DNA of 64,000 nucleotides from the human T2T-CHM13v2.0 reference genome, Homo sapiens (GCF_009914755.1 NC_060937.1), one strand, 5' to 3'. Shown: positions 19,768 to 34,038, numbered from the stretch's first letter. The notes: generated from the letters alone by a model not told the origin. Made by a program: numbers and translations.

Positions 19768-22683
19768 CAGGTCTTGGAAGTGTGGTCACTCCAGCAGGCT
19801 TAGAACACATCTGAACTCCTGAGGAAGCCAAGAGGAAAGAACGGTTGATACTCTAAGATACTTCCCACTCTCCACCCACCTGAATTGACTCCTCACTTCC
19901 CACTTTCCCTAGAGAAACAGGATTTGAAATGGAATGGCAGTAGGGAGGTATTAGCCATATGATCAACAACGCATGTACCCAAAAGTAAAAATTACGGCGG
20001 GCTACTGACAATTCTGTAATCCTGTGACGTACAACAATACAAAACTGATCTTTGAGTCACTTAAGTAAGAATTCCTTATTCAAAGAAACATACAATTTGT
20101 AAGGTTCAGGTTCAACGTAAAAATCGCAAGGAAGTATTGCTGGAATATAACACTGCTACCAATGTTTTCAAAAGTTGAAAATCCTTTCAAAATTTGAAAT
20201 AGGTTTCCATTTGTCATAGTCATTTTTGCCTTAAGCGTTAATAATGCAACCTAGAAGATTCTTTCTTGGTTCTTAATTTTTACTTTTACATCAAACACTT
20301 TAACTGTGACGTATACGGCATTCTGTAACTTTTTCAAACCAGGTAGAATGAATATGGCATGCAAAAAAGTAAATACCCAAATTCTACAACAATCATGCCA
20401 TTTTTTATTAATTGTATAGTAGCACAAAGTTATAGAACTAAAAGCAAATCAAATCCTATTAGGTGCCAGAAACACATTAAAGCAAACTTAACAAGAAGAA
20501 GACATGAATTTATTTTCAACTTCTCAACAACTTAAGAATTAACTATTTTACAGTCTGATAGCCTAGAACACCACCTTAGATTCTGCAGCTAAAAGGTTGT
20601 TCTCCCTGCTAATTGAGAACACAAACGAAGTGATAATAACCAGAAAAGCGTTTTAAAAATTCAAATGTCACATTTCGTATCTAGCATTCTGTCAAGGAAT
20701 TCCTTAAACTGCAGTCCTTCTTCAATTTCAAAACGATCACCCCCTTTCCCAAGCCTATATGACAATAAAAAGTATAAAACAGGCAAAAGTGGACCTTTAT
20801 CCGATCTCCGCTCTTTAGAATAGAGGCCACAGCGAACAAGGCAGGTGACAAACGTCTCCCAATTCGGAGCAAGGCAGTGCTGGAAACCGGATCTCCTCAC
20901 CTCCAAAAGAATGGCAGAAGACAACGCTGCTCTTTGCTTTCACTTAGTTTATCGCCTCTCTGTGCCCCAACACCGTCCCCAGCAGGTGGGACACAGCCGA
21001 TCCCCAGGGGAGTTTCTCCAGGCGGACTGACGCTGTCCATGGGCCAGGCTGCCCCCCTGCTTACGATCCCCAGACTCAGACAGGCGGGGGCCGCGGGCGC
21101 CTCCGAAGGGTACGTGTCACGAAATGCAGGAGCACACTTCCCCCGCCTCCCTCTCCCCAGCTAAGATCTCCCCCAACTCAAGAGAACTGCCTTCCAGCCC
21201 CAAGGAGCCACTCCGCCCCCAGGCAGAGGTCACGCCGCCCACTGCCAGGCTTTCTGCAAAGCCCCTCGGACATCCGGCACAGGTTTCCCACCCCGACACT
21301 GCGAGCACGAAAGCCCTGCCTGAGACACGCAGCCAGGACGCACAAGTCCAACCCACGCACACACAGCGACTCCACGCTGCACTGACCGAAGGGGGCATTG
21401 CCTGTAATCTGCACACGCCTATCTCCTTTTGGGTCGAGAGAAAAAAAAAAGATATCATATTTCTTAAAGTGAAAGAAAAATGGCTTTTTAAAAAAAGGGC
21501 ATTTTCCAGGGTCCCACTGCTCACTCCGGGCGCGCAGGACCCAGCTCCCGGAGCTGTAAACTTTCGGTGCAGATTTGCTTGCAGTCAAAGTAGCATCTTT
21601 GAAATAAAAGGGGGCTTTTTTGTTTTTATTTTTTAAGTGATTTCTGCCGATCCGATCCCTGGCCTCCTTCTTCAAAGCTGGACTCCCTACCTCCGCCCCT
21701 CTTCTCTTTCCCAGTCCCCCCTCCCCTTTGAAAGTGCTTTGAAACCCCCATTAAGAACAGTGTGTGATCAGACTGAGGATTAGGGGAAAAGAACTTCAGC
21801 TCTAGGGTGGGGCAAACGGACACAGAAACTGCTTTGTAAAAAACACACAAGAATCCAAATTAAAACACAGCAACAACAACAACAAAAGGAAATAAAAAAT
21901 TGCCTATTTTGCCACCTACTTTCAGGTAATGGAAAATGATCGCGACCGCTTGATGACTTTCTTCCTGCGCTGGGTCAGCCCGAGCTTCCAAAAATAAAAT
22001 AAGTGTGACCCAGGCTGACCACGAAGAACGGAAGAGAGAGAGCTGCACTTCCGAACCGCAGAGACCCGGCGCCAGGCAGGGCGACGCTCCCACCCGCTCC
22101 GGGCTAGACTGTCCACACGGAGCAGAGGCGGGCACTCCCTCCACCCGGCACCCTGCCTTTTTCTCACCCTGGAAGTCTCCTGCCCCCGAGGCGGGCAACC
22201 TGTGTCCCCCAGCCCCACCAGCGCCCCGCCTAGGGACAGCCTCTCCCTGGACTTTGCCTTCCACCAAGAGGAAGAACAGGTTAGAAATGCGGGCGCCTGC
22301 AAAGGCAACCTGGAAAATACAAAGTGTTTTTCTCTCCCTCTCCCGCTCTCAGCGCCGAATTCGCGGCCAGTGCACGGCTGGGAGCAGACTTCAGGCTAGC
22401 TGTCCTCCGTCCCAACCCCCTAGAGCGCGGGCGCGCGGGGTCGCCTGTCGGGGACACTGCACGGGGTGCATACAGAAGTCCCCGCAGAGGCAGGCCGAGC
22501 CCAAGCCCCGGGCGAGGCAGGTCCGCGGGGAGCGCCCCGGATCCTCGCGAAGACCCTGCGGGATTTGAGAAAGGGAGGCTCGGGGAGAGACGGACCCAAC
22601 TCCTGGTCCGGCTGCACCTACTCCATGTTGCCCACAACGCGCCGGCCGCGGCGCCAGGAGGGGAAGAGCCAAACGTGCCTCAC

Positions 22684-23190
22684 CGTGATCGCGGCTTTGC
22701 ACCAACCCCTCTCCCTTGGATTCTCTTCTTTCTGCGATGTGCAAATAAATCCAGTCTCGATGCAAACTTTTTTCCTTTCTTTCCAACCTCTGCTTTAGAC
22801 CAACTTCCGAGCAATCGGCGGGAGAAAAAAAGAGAATTCGGAGCCAGATTCCCCGCTGATGAACACTCCGGGGTTCGGAGCTGGAGACGACTCCCCTTCT
22901 ACAAGCGCACGCGGAGTATTTCCTCTTTTTTCTCAATGAACAAGAGGCCGAAGCGCCAACGGCAAGTCCCTTTTCCTGGCAGATGAGCGAATGGGAAAAG
23001 AAAACGGCCTTACGGAGAACCTAAAGCCAGATCGCCAAGTGGTGCGGCCGGGGCCGCGTCGTAGCGGAGGCGGCGCGGGGGCGCGGGCCGGGCCGGGCCG
23101 GGCGGGCGCGGGGGCCTGGGCGCTGCGCGCTCCGCCGGCCCCTCTCCTCCGCTAGCGCTGCGGCGCGCAGCTCTCGGCGGTGCAGACTGG
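22684..23190 (-). other. SPRY2: SPRY2 non-coding exon 1 (5' end approximate)
   Basis: Donor gatcacg|GTGAGG (GT at 22683-22682) inside the CpG island; no AUG on the minus strand in this interval. The TSS cannot be fixed from sequence alone. Confidence 0.7.
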
Positions 23191-23237
23191 GCGTTGTGGA
23201 GGCGAGGCAGCGAGGCCGAGGCGGGGGCGGTGGGTGC

Positions 23238-23274
23238 GGAGGAGGAGGAAGAGGAGGAGGAGGAGGAGGAGGAG
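23238..23274 (+). repeat. (GGA)n microsatellite in SPRY2 promoter
   Basis: About 12 GGA units with one GAA interruption. Confidence 0.95.
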
Positions 23275-23367
23275 GGTCTGGGGCCCGCCCGGGGGGGGCT
23301 CGCCGTTGGCCTGCGCCCTCGCCTTTCCGGAGGAGGCAGGGAGCTCTGCGGCGGCCGCGGCAGCAGT

Positions 23368-23448
23368 AAATGGCGTCATGTGGATCCGAGGCGGAACAGA
23401 GCAGTTGTTGTCCCAGAGGATATATCGCATCCGGTCCCAGCTCATTGG
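23368..23448 (-). promoter_or_regulatory. Core-promoter-like motif set (CCAAT, TATA-like, YY1/CRE half-site)
   Basis: Minus-strand CCAAT at 23448-23444, gatatatc at ~23419-23426, and TGACGCCATTT at 23378-23368. Confidence 0.45.
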
Positions 23449-24879
23449 CTCCGCGGGGCTACATTCACTCACACTCCAGCGCCCGCCAGCGCTCCGAGCC
23501 GCAGGAGGCATTCAAAAGGGCAACCGCGCCGCCCCGCGCGTCCCCAGGCCGGTCCTGCCGCCCGAGCGCCGTCACGCGGGGCGCCCGCGGGGCCGGGCTG
23601 GGCACTGCAGGGTCAGTTTATCTAGTTTCAAGGAAACACTGACCTTAAGGTTTGCCCAGAGGCAATGAGGACGAGCCAGAGGCTCGAGCTGACTTAGGGA
23701 ACTTTCTCCTTGCCACCAGGAAAGGGGAATGAACATTTAAGACTAATCTGGGCCACGCAGTGTTAGCATGAAAAACAAGTTGCAGGTTTTAAGACTTTAT
23801 CCAGAATCCATTTCAAGTCTACCTCTCCCCTTTTCTGTTCCCCTTTGCGGAGCGGGTGACGGGGGCTGGGGCGGGGGGAGAAGAAGGGGGAGGGGAAGGG
23901 GAGCGGGAAGTGAGGTGGGAGGGCTATTGGTTTATTCTTTGTCTACTGGATTAACCCGATTATACACCAGGCACCAGCACAAACCGCCTCCCCCACCTCC
24001 GAGCCTTGTACGGGAGGAACGGAATGCAGATTCGAGTTTCAAGTACCTTCTGCTCTTGCTGGGATTTGCTTTTGATTGTGTCGACTTGTAGTTTTTCCGT
24101 TTATTAGAATTTCATTTTTAAGGGGGGTTATCTATGAATGGAGGCTTTTTGAAGAGCTTCCTTACTATTTTGCTTCATGCAGTAGCTAAAGTCTACAGTC
24201 TAAGCCTTTTAACTTAATTCATTAATAGACAGGAACAAGATTACTCAGGGCGACAGCATGGGCTTCCGAAATGGGGGGGCGGGGGGGAGGGAAGGGTTGG
24301 CTCACTGCAGATTTCCTTCTTCCCTTAACTAAAAGTCATCCTTCATTTCCCACTTTTCTTGCCACCTAGAACATTTCTCAAGATTCTGTTGTCCATGTTG
24401 AAGGTGCACTATTCTTTCCCATTTACAAAAAAAAAATAAAGATAGAAAATGCATACATATGCACTGTCCTAGCTGCCGTTCATTTACTAAGAAATGTGCC
24501 TTCACGTGGGAGCACCAGTGGAAAATTAAAACTTGCGCATACACACGCCTAATATTGCATTCTGTCGAGCGACTTACAGAATGCTTTTACTTTACAGGGA
24601 AGTACCTGCTTGTACGGTCAAAATTCCCGAATAGCACCTGCGATCTTGCCCCATGCGGGGTGTTCTTGAAAGCAGTGTTAGGAAAACATGGTGCTTCACT
24701 CGTCCAGCTTTAACCCAATCCATTTGCAGCTACCCTGGAACTAGCTGCCTTCTTCTGAGCTCCTGCTCTAGAATGTCCCCAGCGCGCTCTCTGCCTCGCT
24801 GCGGTCTCACCCTGACTTCTCCATGTTTCTCTAGGGCTCTCCTCTTTCTCTAGGGATTTGGAACCAGAGATGGCAAGGG

Positions 24880-25460
24880 AAGTGGCATGCGTTATTTCCG
24901 GGCGCTGGCCTACGTCCCCCGACCCCTAAGGTGAGGGTGGACGAGGCTACAACGGCCTGCTCCCGAGCGTCCCGGGACTGCGGGCGCAAAACAGCTGGGC
25001 CTCTCTGGCCACAGCCGCTCGCCGGACGCCCGAATCCATTGAGCCGACGGTGAACGCAGGCGCCGCTGCGCTCGCGGCCCCTCTGGCCACCAGGGGGCGC
25101 CCGCCCGGCGCGGGGCTAAGGCTGCTTTCTTCTCCGGGACACGACGCGGACAGGCTGGGTTACCTTCCAAAACGTGTGTGCATTAGGCCGGCTGGTTTAA
25201 AATGAATACAAAGATATTAATATAAACGACACAGAAGATAGCTTGCCCTCCTGTCTGCTTGGGAGGGTCAAAGCCTGGGTGTGCAAGGCTAGGCAGGAAC
25301 GTGCTGCCGGTGTGCGGCCAGCAAGTCTCTCGAGCAGAGCAGGTGAAAGCAACGCCGTCGCTTCGCCTCTTCAAACTCCTGCACTCGATGGCGGCTTTTT
25401 AGGAGACATCTGTGCCTTGCTGGTCTCCCAGCGCTGCAGGAACTTTGCGAAGACACATCG
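24880..25460. promoter_or_regulatory. Second small CpG island upstream of SPRY2
   Basis: CpG-rich block separated from the main island by an AT-richer gap. Confidence 0.75.
25084..25102 (+). promoter_or_regulatory. CTCF motif (forward)
   Basis: TGGCCACCAGGGGGCGCCC, essentially the CTCF core consensus. Confidence 0.85.
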
Positions 25461-25995
25461 TTAGGGATCAAAGCATGCAATGGAATTTAGATCAGGAACT
25501 TCCAGCTGTTTAGAGAACCTTATATTTTTATGGAGTTAATAGGGGAAAATCTAGAAATTTATATCTTATCTTCCATGAGCTATAAAGAATCTCATGTCAT
25601 CTAGCTCTTCCTCCCACCCCCTTTCCTCACAATCTCCAGTTTGCTGACTGGGAAAACATTTAACCTGTAACTTAAGTTCAAGATAAACACAAGAACCCTT
25701 TGGATTCTTTCTGATTTACTCCTTAGTCTTTATATTAATTACTGCAACTGTTACTCTTTTTCAGAGACTGAAGAGTATCAAGCTACTATATTGTGCCTCC
25801 AAAGTTTAGAGAATTATAATCCAAAAGAGGAACTATGTTTTTGTGTATGTATGATGCATGCACAATGAAATGTCTAGTGCAGCTATTGTAATGTGTCCCC
25901 AAACTGATTCTCATGTTACATTCCAAAATTATAACTGAGACTAATTTTGGAAGATACTTTCAGAAGTATGATAGAATGTAAGGCAAAACTTAACA

Positions 25996-25997
<2 letters not shown>

Positions 25998-26034
<37 letters not shown>
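25998..26034 (+). repeat. (AC)18 microsatellite
   Basis: Direct inspection. Confidence 0.97.
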
Positions 26035-26037
<3 letters not shown>

Positions 26038-26169
26038 CTGTTTTCAACTGTGTTGGGGAACGTTCTAGAGAGACAACTCTGACACATGAACAGGTGTTGC
26101 CATTTGCCTAATGCTGGAAAATACAGAATCTATGGAAATCCATGCTGCACCAATAACTCACTGCTAAGT

Positions 26170-26477
<308 letters not shown>

Positions 26478-28251
26478 CCAAGTTTCTAATACTCACCAAG
26501 TAACATACCTTCCTAGTACTTGTCGTTAAATAGGACTCTGGTCACACACTTGGGATCTGTCATCTCTGGCTTCATTTTATATTCTGTATTCATTTATTTA
26601 TAATTACTTCATTTTACAACTATAATCTCAACTTTTTTCAATGAGACAGTACATAAAATATGTGCATTTTGTTTTTTCCAATCTTTGGTTGAAGGCATCA
26701 ATAGACATGCTTCTTTGCTAGTAGGTGTGTTGAGTGAGTTGAAGTGAGATATTTGTAAGATTGCACTTGCTGGCTGGTGTAAGCTTTGAATTTATGTTGT
26801 AGTAACGGGAGAGTGCATCTTTTAGCAACCGTAGCTCGTTTTTCCGGGATTGCACAAACCACTTGGCCTTAATAGGTTTAGTCCTAGTACTGATATCTTG
26901 CAATGATATCACACATTCTTGAGAAAAAGAAGAATGAATAGCTATTTGGTTAGTTTGTTAGTTCTATTACCAAGGCAATCTATTTGAAGATGGCACAGAA
27001 TGTAACAGTGTGTGCTGCTTCCACGACTAACAATTTGGGGCTTTCAACCATTATCTCTCCTAACAGCCCAGTTGCAATAGTAAAATTAGTCTATGCATGG
27101 CCTCTTCAGGGACCTTCCTGAGACAAAGGGTTTTGTAATGATGGACCTTTTGTTTTGACAACTGTGACTCTAGTCATTTCACTTTTGAATTTCCCAAATT
27201 CTGTTGATAATGCCTCTAGAAGGGAATTGGGAGTGGCTGTAACAAAAGATGCAAAGGAATTCAAAATAGACCACTTGAGTTCTTATCTAGATTGCTTGAA
27301 GGACTGGAAACAGTTATCTCTGGATCTAACCTTCTTTGGAGATATATTCTTTATCCCTAACTAAACTGGGGGAAAGCTCTGGGGTTCTCTCAGGGTAAGA
27401 GGGGTGGTGTTGCAGAGTCGACCTTGAGCTCCAGGCTCCTGCGGGTCTGGTTTTTTCCGGAGGCCTTGTATTCAACTGGGATCCACCTGGTGATTTTTAC
27501 TGGTTAATTAATGAATACTCCTGTGAGATGCATGCACATTATGACTACAGTTTATGCAAGGTCTGATGTGAACTGAAGTTCTATAACAAGGCAGAAACAG
27601 AATTTCTCTGCTGGCCAACACGATTTTTCTCATTATTTTTTTCAATTTATTTATCCTTTGGTTTGAAGATTAAACTTCTTTGTAGGACTGATATGTGCAG
27701 AGAAAACCTAATCAGTGAGGACATTGCATTCTTTCACTGCATTTCCCTGAATAGCCCTGGGTTTATTTGTTTTTGTTTGTTTTTAACATTTGATCCCCTA
27801 TGTTCTGGATCATATAAGCAAAAATCATTAATTGAAATTAGTATTTGGATATTACTGGCCAAGATTAGTAGCAGTTGGAAGATTTTAGCCCCGGAATAGT
27901 TGGAGGGTTTTGCTTTTATACTTCCTATTATGTGGACACTTGGTCAAAAGGGCATAGGAAGTTCAACCTGTTCTCTAAGAAAGATGTAGTTAAACAGATT
28001 CCACTTAAGCCATTCTTACTGTGCAGATGCCACACAATATCAGGGCTGCCGGCCAGCTCGGAATTAACCTCCGCTAACAGATCAAGTCCAAAATTGTTCA
28101 GTTTGGTAAACGGACTATGATTGCATGCAGATTTAGTTTGTTTGTTCCTTTGGACAGGAAGTGTTTTGAAGTTACAGAGAATCATTTGAGAATATTGTGG
28201 GGTAGGTAGAAACAGCTTTGTTTGTGCATATTGTGTTGGATGGAACTTTAA

Positions 28252-28700
<449 letters not shown>

Positions 28701-28763
28701 GCATTTCATTCTTAAAAAAAGAAAGCACTCACTCCGATCTCTGTAGACACTAGACACTCACTA

Positions 28764-29109
<346 letters not shown>

Positions 29110-29282
29110 GTATGATTAAAATAAGATAATATTTTAAAGTCTTAATTTTGTAAAAGGAAATTCACAGTTTTTGAATTCTTTAATGGCAGAAGTTAAGTCA
29201 TTCTGCTGTTCTAGAAATTACCATTGTGTTTTGCATAATTACTAGGAAGTGACTGAAACAAGTTTGTTAAGGCTATGATTAT

Positions 29283-29599
<317 letters not shown>

Positions 29600-30059
29600 T
29601 GACTTTTAATAGGTGAAATATTAAATACTTATTAAATTACAAATAAATCTTTATGGAAATGTGAGGTAACTGGAAATAAAGCTGTAGGGAACATCTAGTT
29701 TTAAACTATATAACAAAGAAATGACAAAGAGGATGATGATGGGTGGGTAAAGAATGTAGGTAAAAGTAAACTTTTTACTTTGAAAGATATGACTATATTA
29801 ATAATTAAAATTAAGTGTTAAACTGTAATTTCAAATAAGAAGTTAGCAGTCTGTTAACTTTCAAGAACACATTTTAAAAATAGCTCAAGGAAGCCGTCAA
29901 TTAGTGGACAGTTTGCCGTTCATGTTGTATGTGAGAAATCCCCTTGCACTTTTGGTAAGTATTCTTCTCACCCTCATTTTACACCACAGAGACCTTCTTG
30001 CATTATATCCTAACATGTGTTAAAATAAATATATGAGCAAAATTAAAAATTAGATCTTC

Positions 30060-30380
<321 letters not shown>

Positions 30381-30559
30381 TTAGATTTTCAAAATCATTA
30401 TTTTCTTTTTTTAAACTGTAGTTGCTAATAGAAAAAGATGCTCAAGATTGAACTTTTGATATCATAATAGGTTCCAGAGACTTTGGTAGTTCAAGAGAGC
30501 TGGATTTGGATGCAATCTAGACCACTTTGGGTGAATCTGATCACAATTGCCTGTTGCTT

Positions 30560-31362
30560 AGATTCTCCCCTGGCTTCACATTACTTTCTGGGTAAAGATC
30601 CAAGTCTTTCAAACAACTTCAAGGTCCTACTCTGGTCTGGCTGTTTTCCCTCACCAGACTCCTGTTACACCAGTTCTCTTCTCTTCTCTTTTCTTTCTGT
30701 TTTTACACACTCTCTTGCTTTCTACCCTGCAGTTATGAAGGCTACTTTTTAGTTGCTCAGAAGCACCTCTCTCCTGCAACAGGGCCTTATTACATGCTAT
30801 TCCCTGATGCACTTTTCTTATTAACCTTATTTGCTTTATTAACTCTTATTTATCTTTCTCTTTTCATTCTCTTTCTTTCTTTTTTTTTAGACGCGTCTTG
30901 CTATGTCACCCAGGCCGGAATGCAGTAGTCCTATCCTGGCTCACTGCAGCCTTGAACTTCTGGGCTCAAGCAGTCCTCCTAATTCAGACTCCTGAATAGC
31001 TGAGACCACAGGCATGCACCACCGCCATGCCTGGCTAATTAACTTTTTTTTTTTTGTAGAGACAGTTCTCACAATGTTGCCCACGATGGCCTACTTATCT
31101 TTCAAATCTCTGTTGTCATATTCTCAGGAAAGCTTTTTCTGACTTCTCTGACTAGGTGAAATCCCACCTTTTTTTCTCATGACCTTCTCCGGTGCAACTA
31201 TACATGTAATTGTGATTGTTTCATTAATAACTGTCTCTTTCACTGTATTTTAAGGTCCATGAGGGCTGGAATCCAAGTCTGGTTTTGCCCACCATTGTAT
31301 TTCCAGAACCGAAGGGCCTAATACATACAGGGAGCTCAAACATTAGTTTTCAATAGGATGAA
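30560..31362 (+). mobile_element. L2 fragment interrupted by an AluJ
   Basis: agggccttattacatgctattccc ... ccatgagggctgg...caccattgtatttccag...ctcaaacattagttttcaataggatgaatga. Confidence 0.6.
30860..31091 (-). mobile_element. AluJ (partial)
   Basis: Alu consensus match. Confidence 0.85.
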
Positions 31363-31365
31363 TGA

Positions 31366-31698
<333 letters not shown>

Positions 31699-32726
31699 TT
31701 AACCTTAGTCCCCACCTGTAAAAGAGGGGCATGGGGTCACTTGGAAGATTGGATGACATAAAGTATCTACCCAGCCTAGCATGTGGGAAGTTCTCAATAA
31801 GTAGCTGCAATAACTTCAGTTAAATGGGGCTTGATAGTTTATTTAGTAAAATTAGCTGTTTTGCTTCCATCCTTTCAAAAAGCTTTAAACTTAGTAGAAT
31901 TTGATTTATTTTATGTTTGCATAAACACAGGAATAATAATTTAGAGATTTAGAATAAGTTTTAACTGTATTTAGCTATATTTACCTAGTAATAGACAGTG
32001 TTTCTTACATTAAATCTTAACCATACATTGACTTTTCTTTCATGTATGACTTCTTCAAAGTACATAAAACATTTTAGGGAAGAAGGGACCTGTTTAGCCG
32101 ATATGGTTGTTTCTAACTAGAATATCTACTCATTGAATTATTTGTTCAGGAAATCTGGAGGCTTGAGAATGTAAATTCCCTCTTATTTGAGGGAACATTT
32201 AGGATATTATCCAACATTTAGGCTCTTATCCAACACTGGATTGAAGTATATATTTTTGGAATGTAGCCCTGTATCTGAAATGGTTTAGAAGCTCCATCCC
32301 CCATTAGGAGGAACAGGTACATTCACCTATAATAAATTATGTAATGGCATAGGTATTTGTTGTACAGTAGAATGCAGTGGTATTTCACTGTTTTGAATTC
32401 TTTAGGCTACTATGATCCTGTAAATGTGAATTTGTATAGGAGTTAGAATAAAAATCACTGGCCGGGTGTGGTGGCTCACACTTGTAATCCCAGCACTAAT
32501 TTTAAATGGTTTATTAGGAAGCTAAAATTCTCTACATATATACTGAGGGTGTGAGTGAAAAAGACTCTTAGGTTTGTAGCAAGTACAATAACCTTACAAT
32601 GGAATTCAGTTCTAGGCAGAAGATGAAATACTTGAGTTCCAAGAAAGAGTCCTATAAGTCTGAGACATCATCACGGCATTTCAACACCAGGCAGGGCCAG
32701 GGATTGTGGCAGTAGACAAACGATTC

Positions 32727-34038
32727 TGTTTTTTTTTTTTAATTATTCTTTTTTATTATACCTTAAGTTCTGGGAGACATGTGCAGAACGTGCAGGTTTT
32801 TACATAGGTGTACATGTGCCATGGTGGTTAGCTGCACCCATCAACCCATCATCTAGGTTTTAAGCCCTGCATGCATTACATATTTGTCCTGATGCTCTCC
32901 CTCCCCTTGTCCCCCATCCCCCGACAGGCCCCGGTGTGGTGTTCCCCTCCCTGTGTCCATGTGTTCTCATTGTTCAACTCCAACTTATGATTGAGAATAT
33001 GTGGTGTTTGGTTTTCTGTTCCTGTGTTAGTTTGCTGAGAATGATGATTTCCAGATTGATCCATGTGCCTGCAAAGGACATGAACTCATTCTTTTTTATG
33101 GCTGCATAGTATTTCGTGGTGTATATGTGCCACATTTTCTTTATCCAGTCTATCATTGCTGGGCATTTGGGTTGGTTCCAAGTCTTTGCTGTTGTAAATA
33201 GTGCTACAATAAACATACCTGTGCATGTGTCTTTATAGTAGAATGATTTATAATCCTTTGGGTATATACCCAGTAATGGGATTCCTGGGTCAAATGGTAT
33301 TTCTGGTTCCAGATCCTTGAGGAATCACCACACTGTCTTCCACAATGGTTGAACTAATTTACACTCCCACCAAGAGTGTAAAAGTATTCCTATTTCCCCA
33401 CATCCTCTCCAGCATCTGTTGTTTCCTGACTTTTTAATGATCTCCATTCTAACTGTTGTGAGATAGTATCTCATTGTGGTTTTGATCTGCATTTCTCTAA
33501 TGACCAGTGATGATGAGCTTTTTTTCATATGTTTGTTGGCTGCATAAATGTCTTCTTTTGAGAAGTGTCTGTTCATATCCTTCCCCCACTTTTTGATAGG
33601 GCTGTTTTTCTTTCTTGTAACTTTACTTAAGTTCCTTGTAGATTCTGGGTATGATGTCAGATGGATGGATTGAAGAAATTTTCTCCTATTCTGTAGGTTG
33701 CCTGTTCACTTTGATGATAGTTTCTCTTGCTGTGCAGAAGCTCTTTAGATTAATTAGATCCCATTAGTTGATTTTGGCTTTTGTTTCCATTGCTTTTGGT
33801 GTTTTAGTCATGAAGTCTTTGCCCATGCCTATGTCCTGAATGGTATTGCCAGGGTTTCTTTCCAGGGTTTTTATGGTTTTAGGTTTTACGTTTAAGTCTT
33901 TAATCCACCTTGAGTTAATTTTTGTATGAGGTGTAAGGAAGGGGTCCAGTTTCAGTTTTCTGCATATGGCTAGCCAGTTTTCCCAACACCATTAATTAAA
34001 TAGGGAATCCTTTCCCCATTGCTTGTTTTTGTCAGGTT
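32727..34038 (-). mobile_element. 5'-truncated L1PA (ORF2 C-terminus plus 3'UTR; older L1PA subfamily)
   Basis: ORF2p fragments [19 protein letters not shown]... and MFIVALFTTAKTWNQPKCP...; poly-A tail; degenerate TSD tagacaaacgattct/tagaccaacaactct. Confidence 0.93.

Larger units (their letters stand above)
18020..19818 (-). other. SPRY2: SPRY2 terminal (coding) exon: 51-nt 5'UTR part, CDS and ~0.8 kb 3'UTR
   Basis: Acceptor ...ttctttcctcttggcttcctcAG|gagttcag (AG at 19820-19819). 3' end inferred from ATTAAA at 18043-18038; the exact cleavage site is approximate. Confidence 0.85.
20850..24050. promoter_or_regulatory. CpG island / SPRY2 promoter, exon 1 and 5' intron
   Basis: Very high GC and CpG density with GC boxes; free of Alus. 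Confidence 0.9.

Noticed and set aside
18705-19803. Alternative-frame and antisense ORFs over the SPRY2 CDS
   Set aside because: Shadows of the real CDS, mostly with non-ATG starts and no independent support.
21376-21400. CTCF-like accgaagggggcatt
   Set aside because: The 5' half of the core matches poorly; too weak to call.
21117-23668. Long overlapping ORFs of 120-220 aa, including poly-Arg and poly-Glu ones
   Set aside because: Stop-codon scarcity in a CpG island plus the (GGA)n repeat; many use non-ATG starts and none has a recognisable domain.
32974-33576. ORFs resembling a reverse-transcriptase protein C-terminus
   Set aside because: Broken ORF2p fragments of a 5'-truncated, inactive L1.
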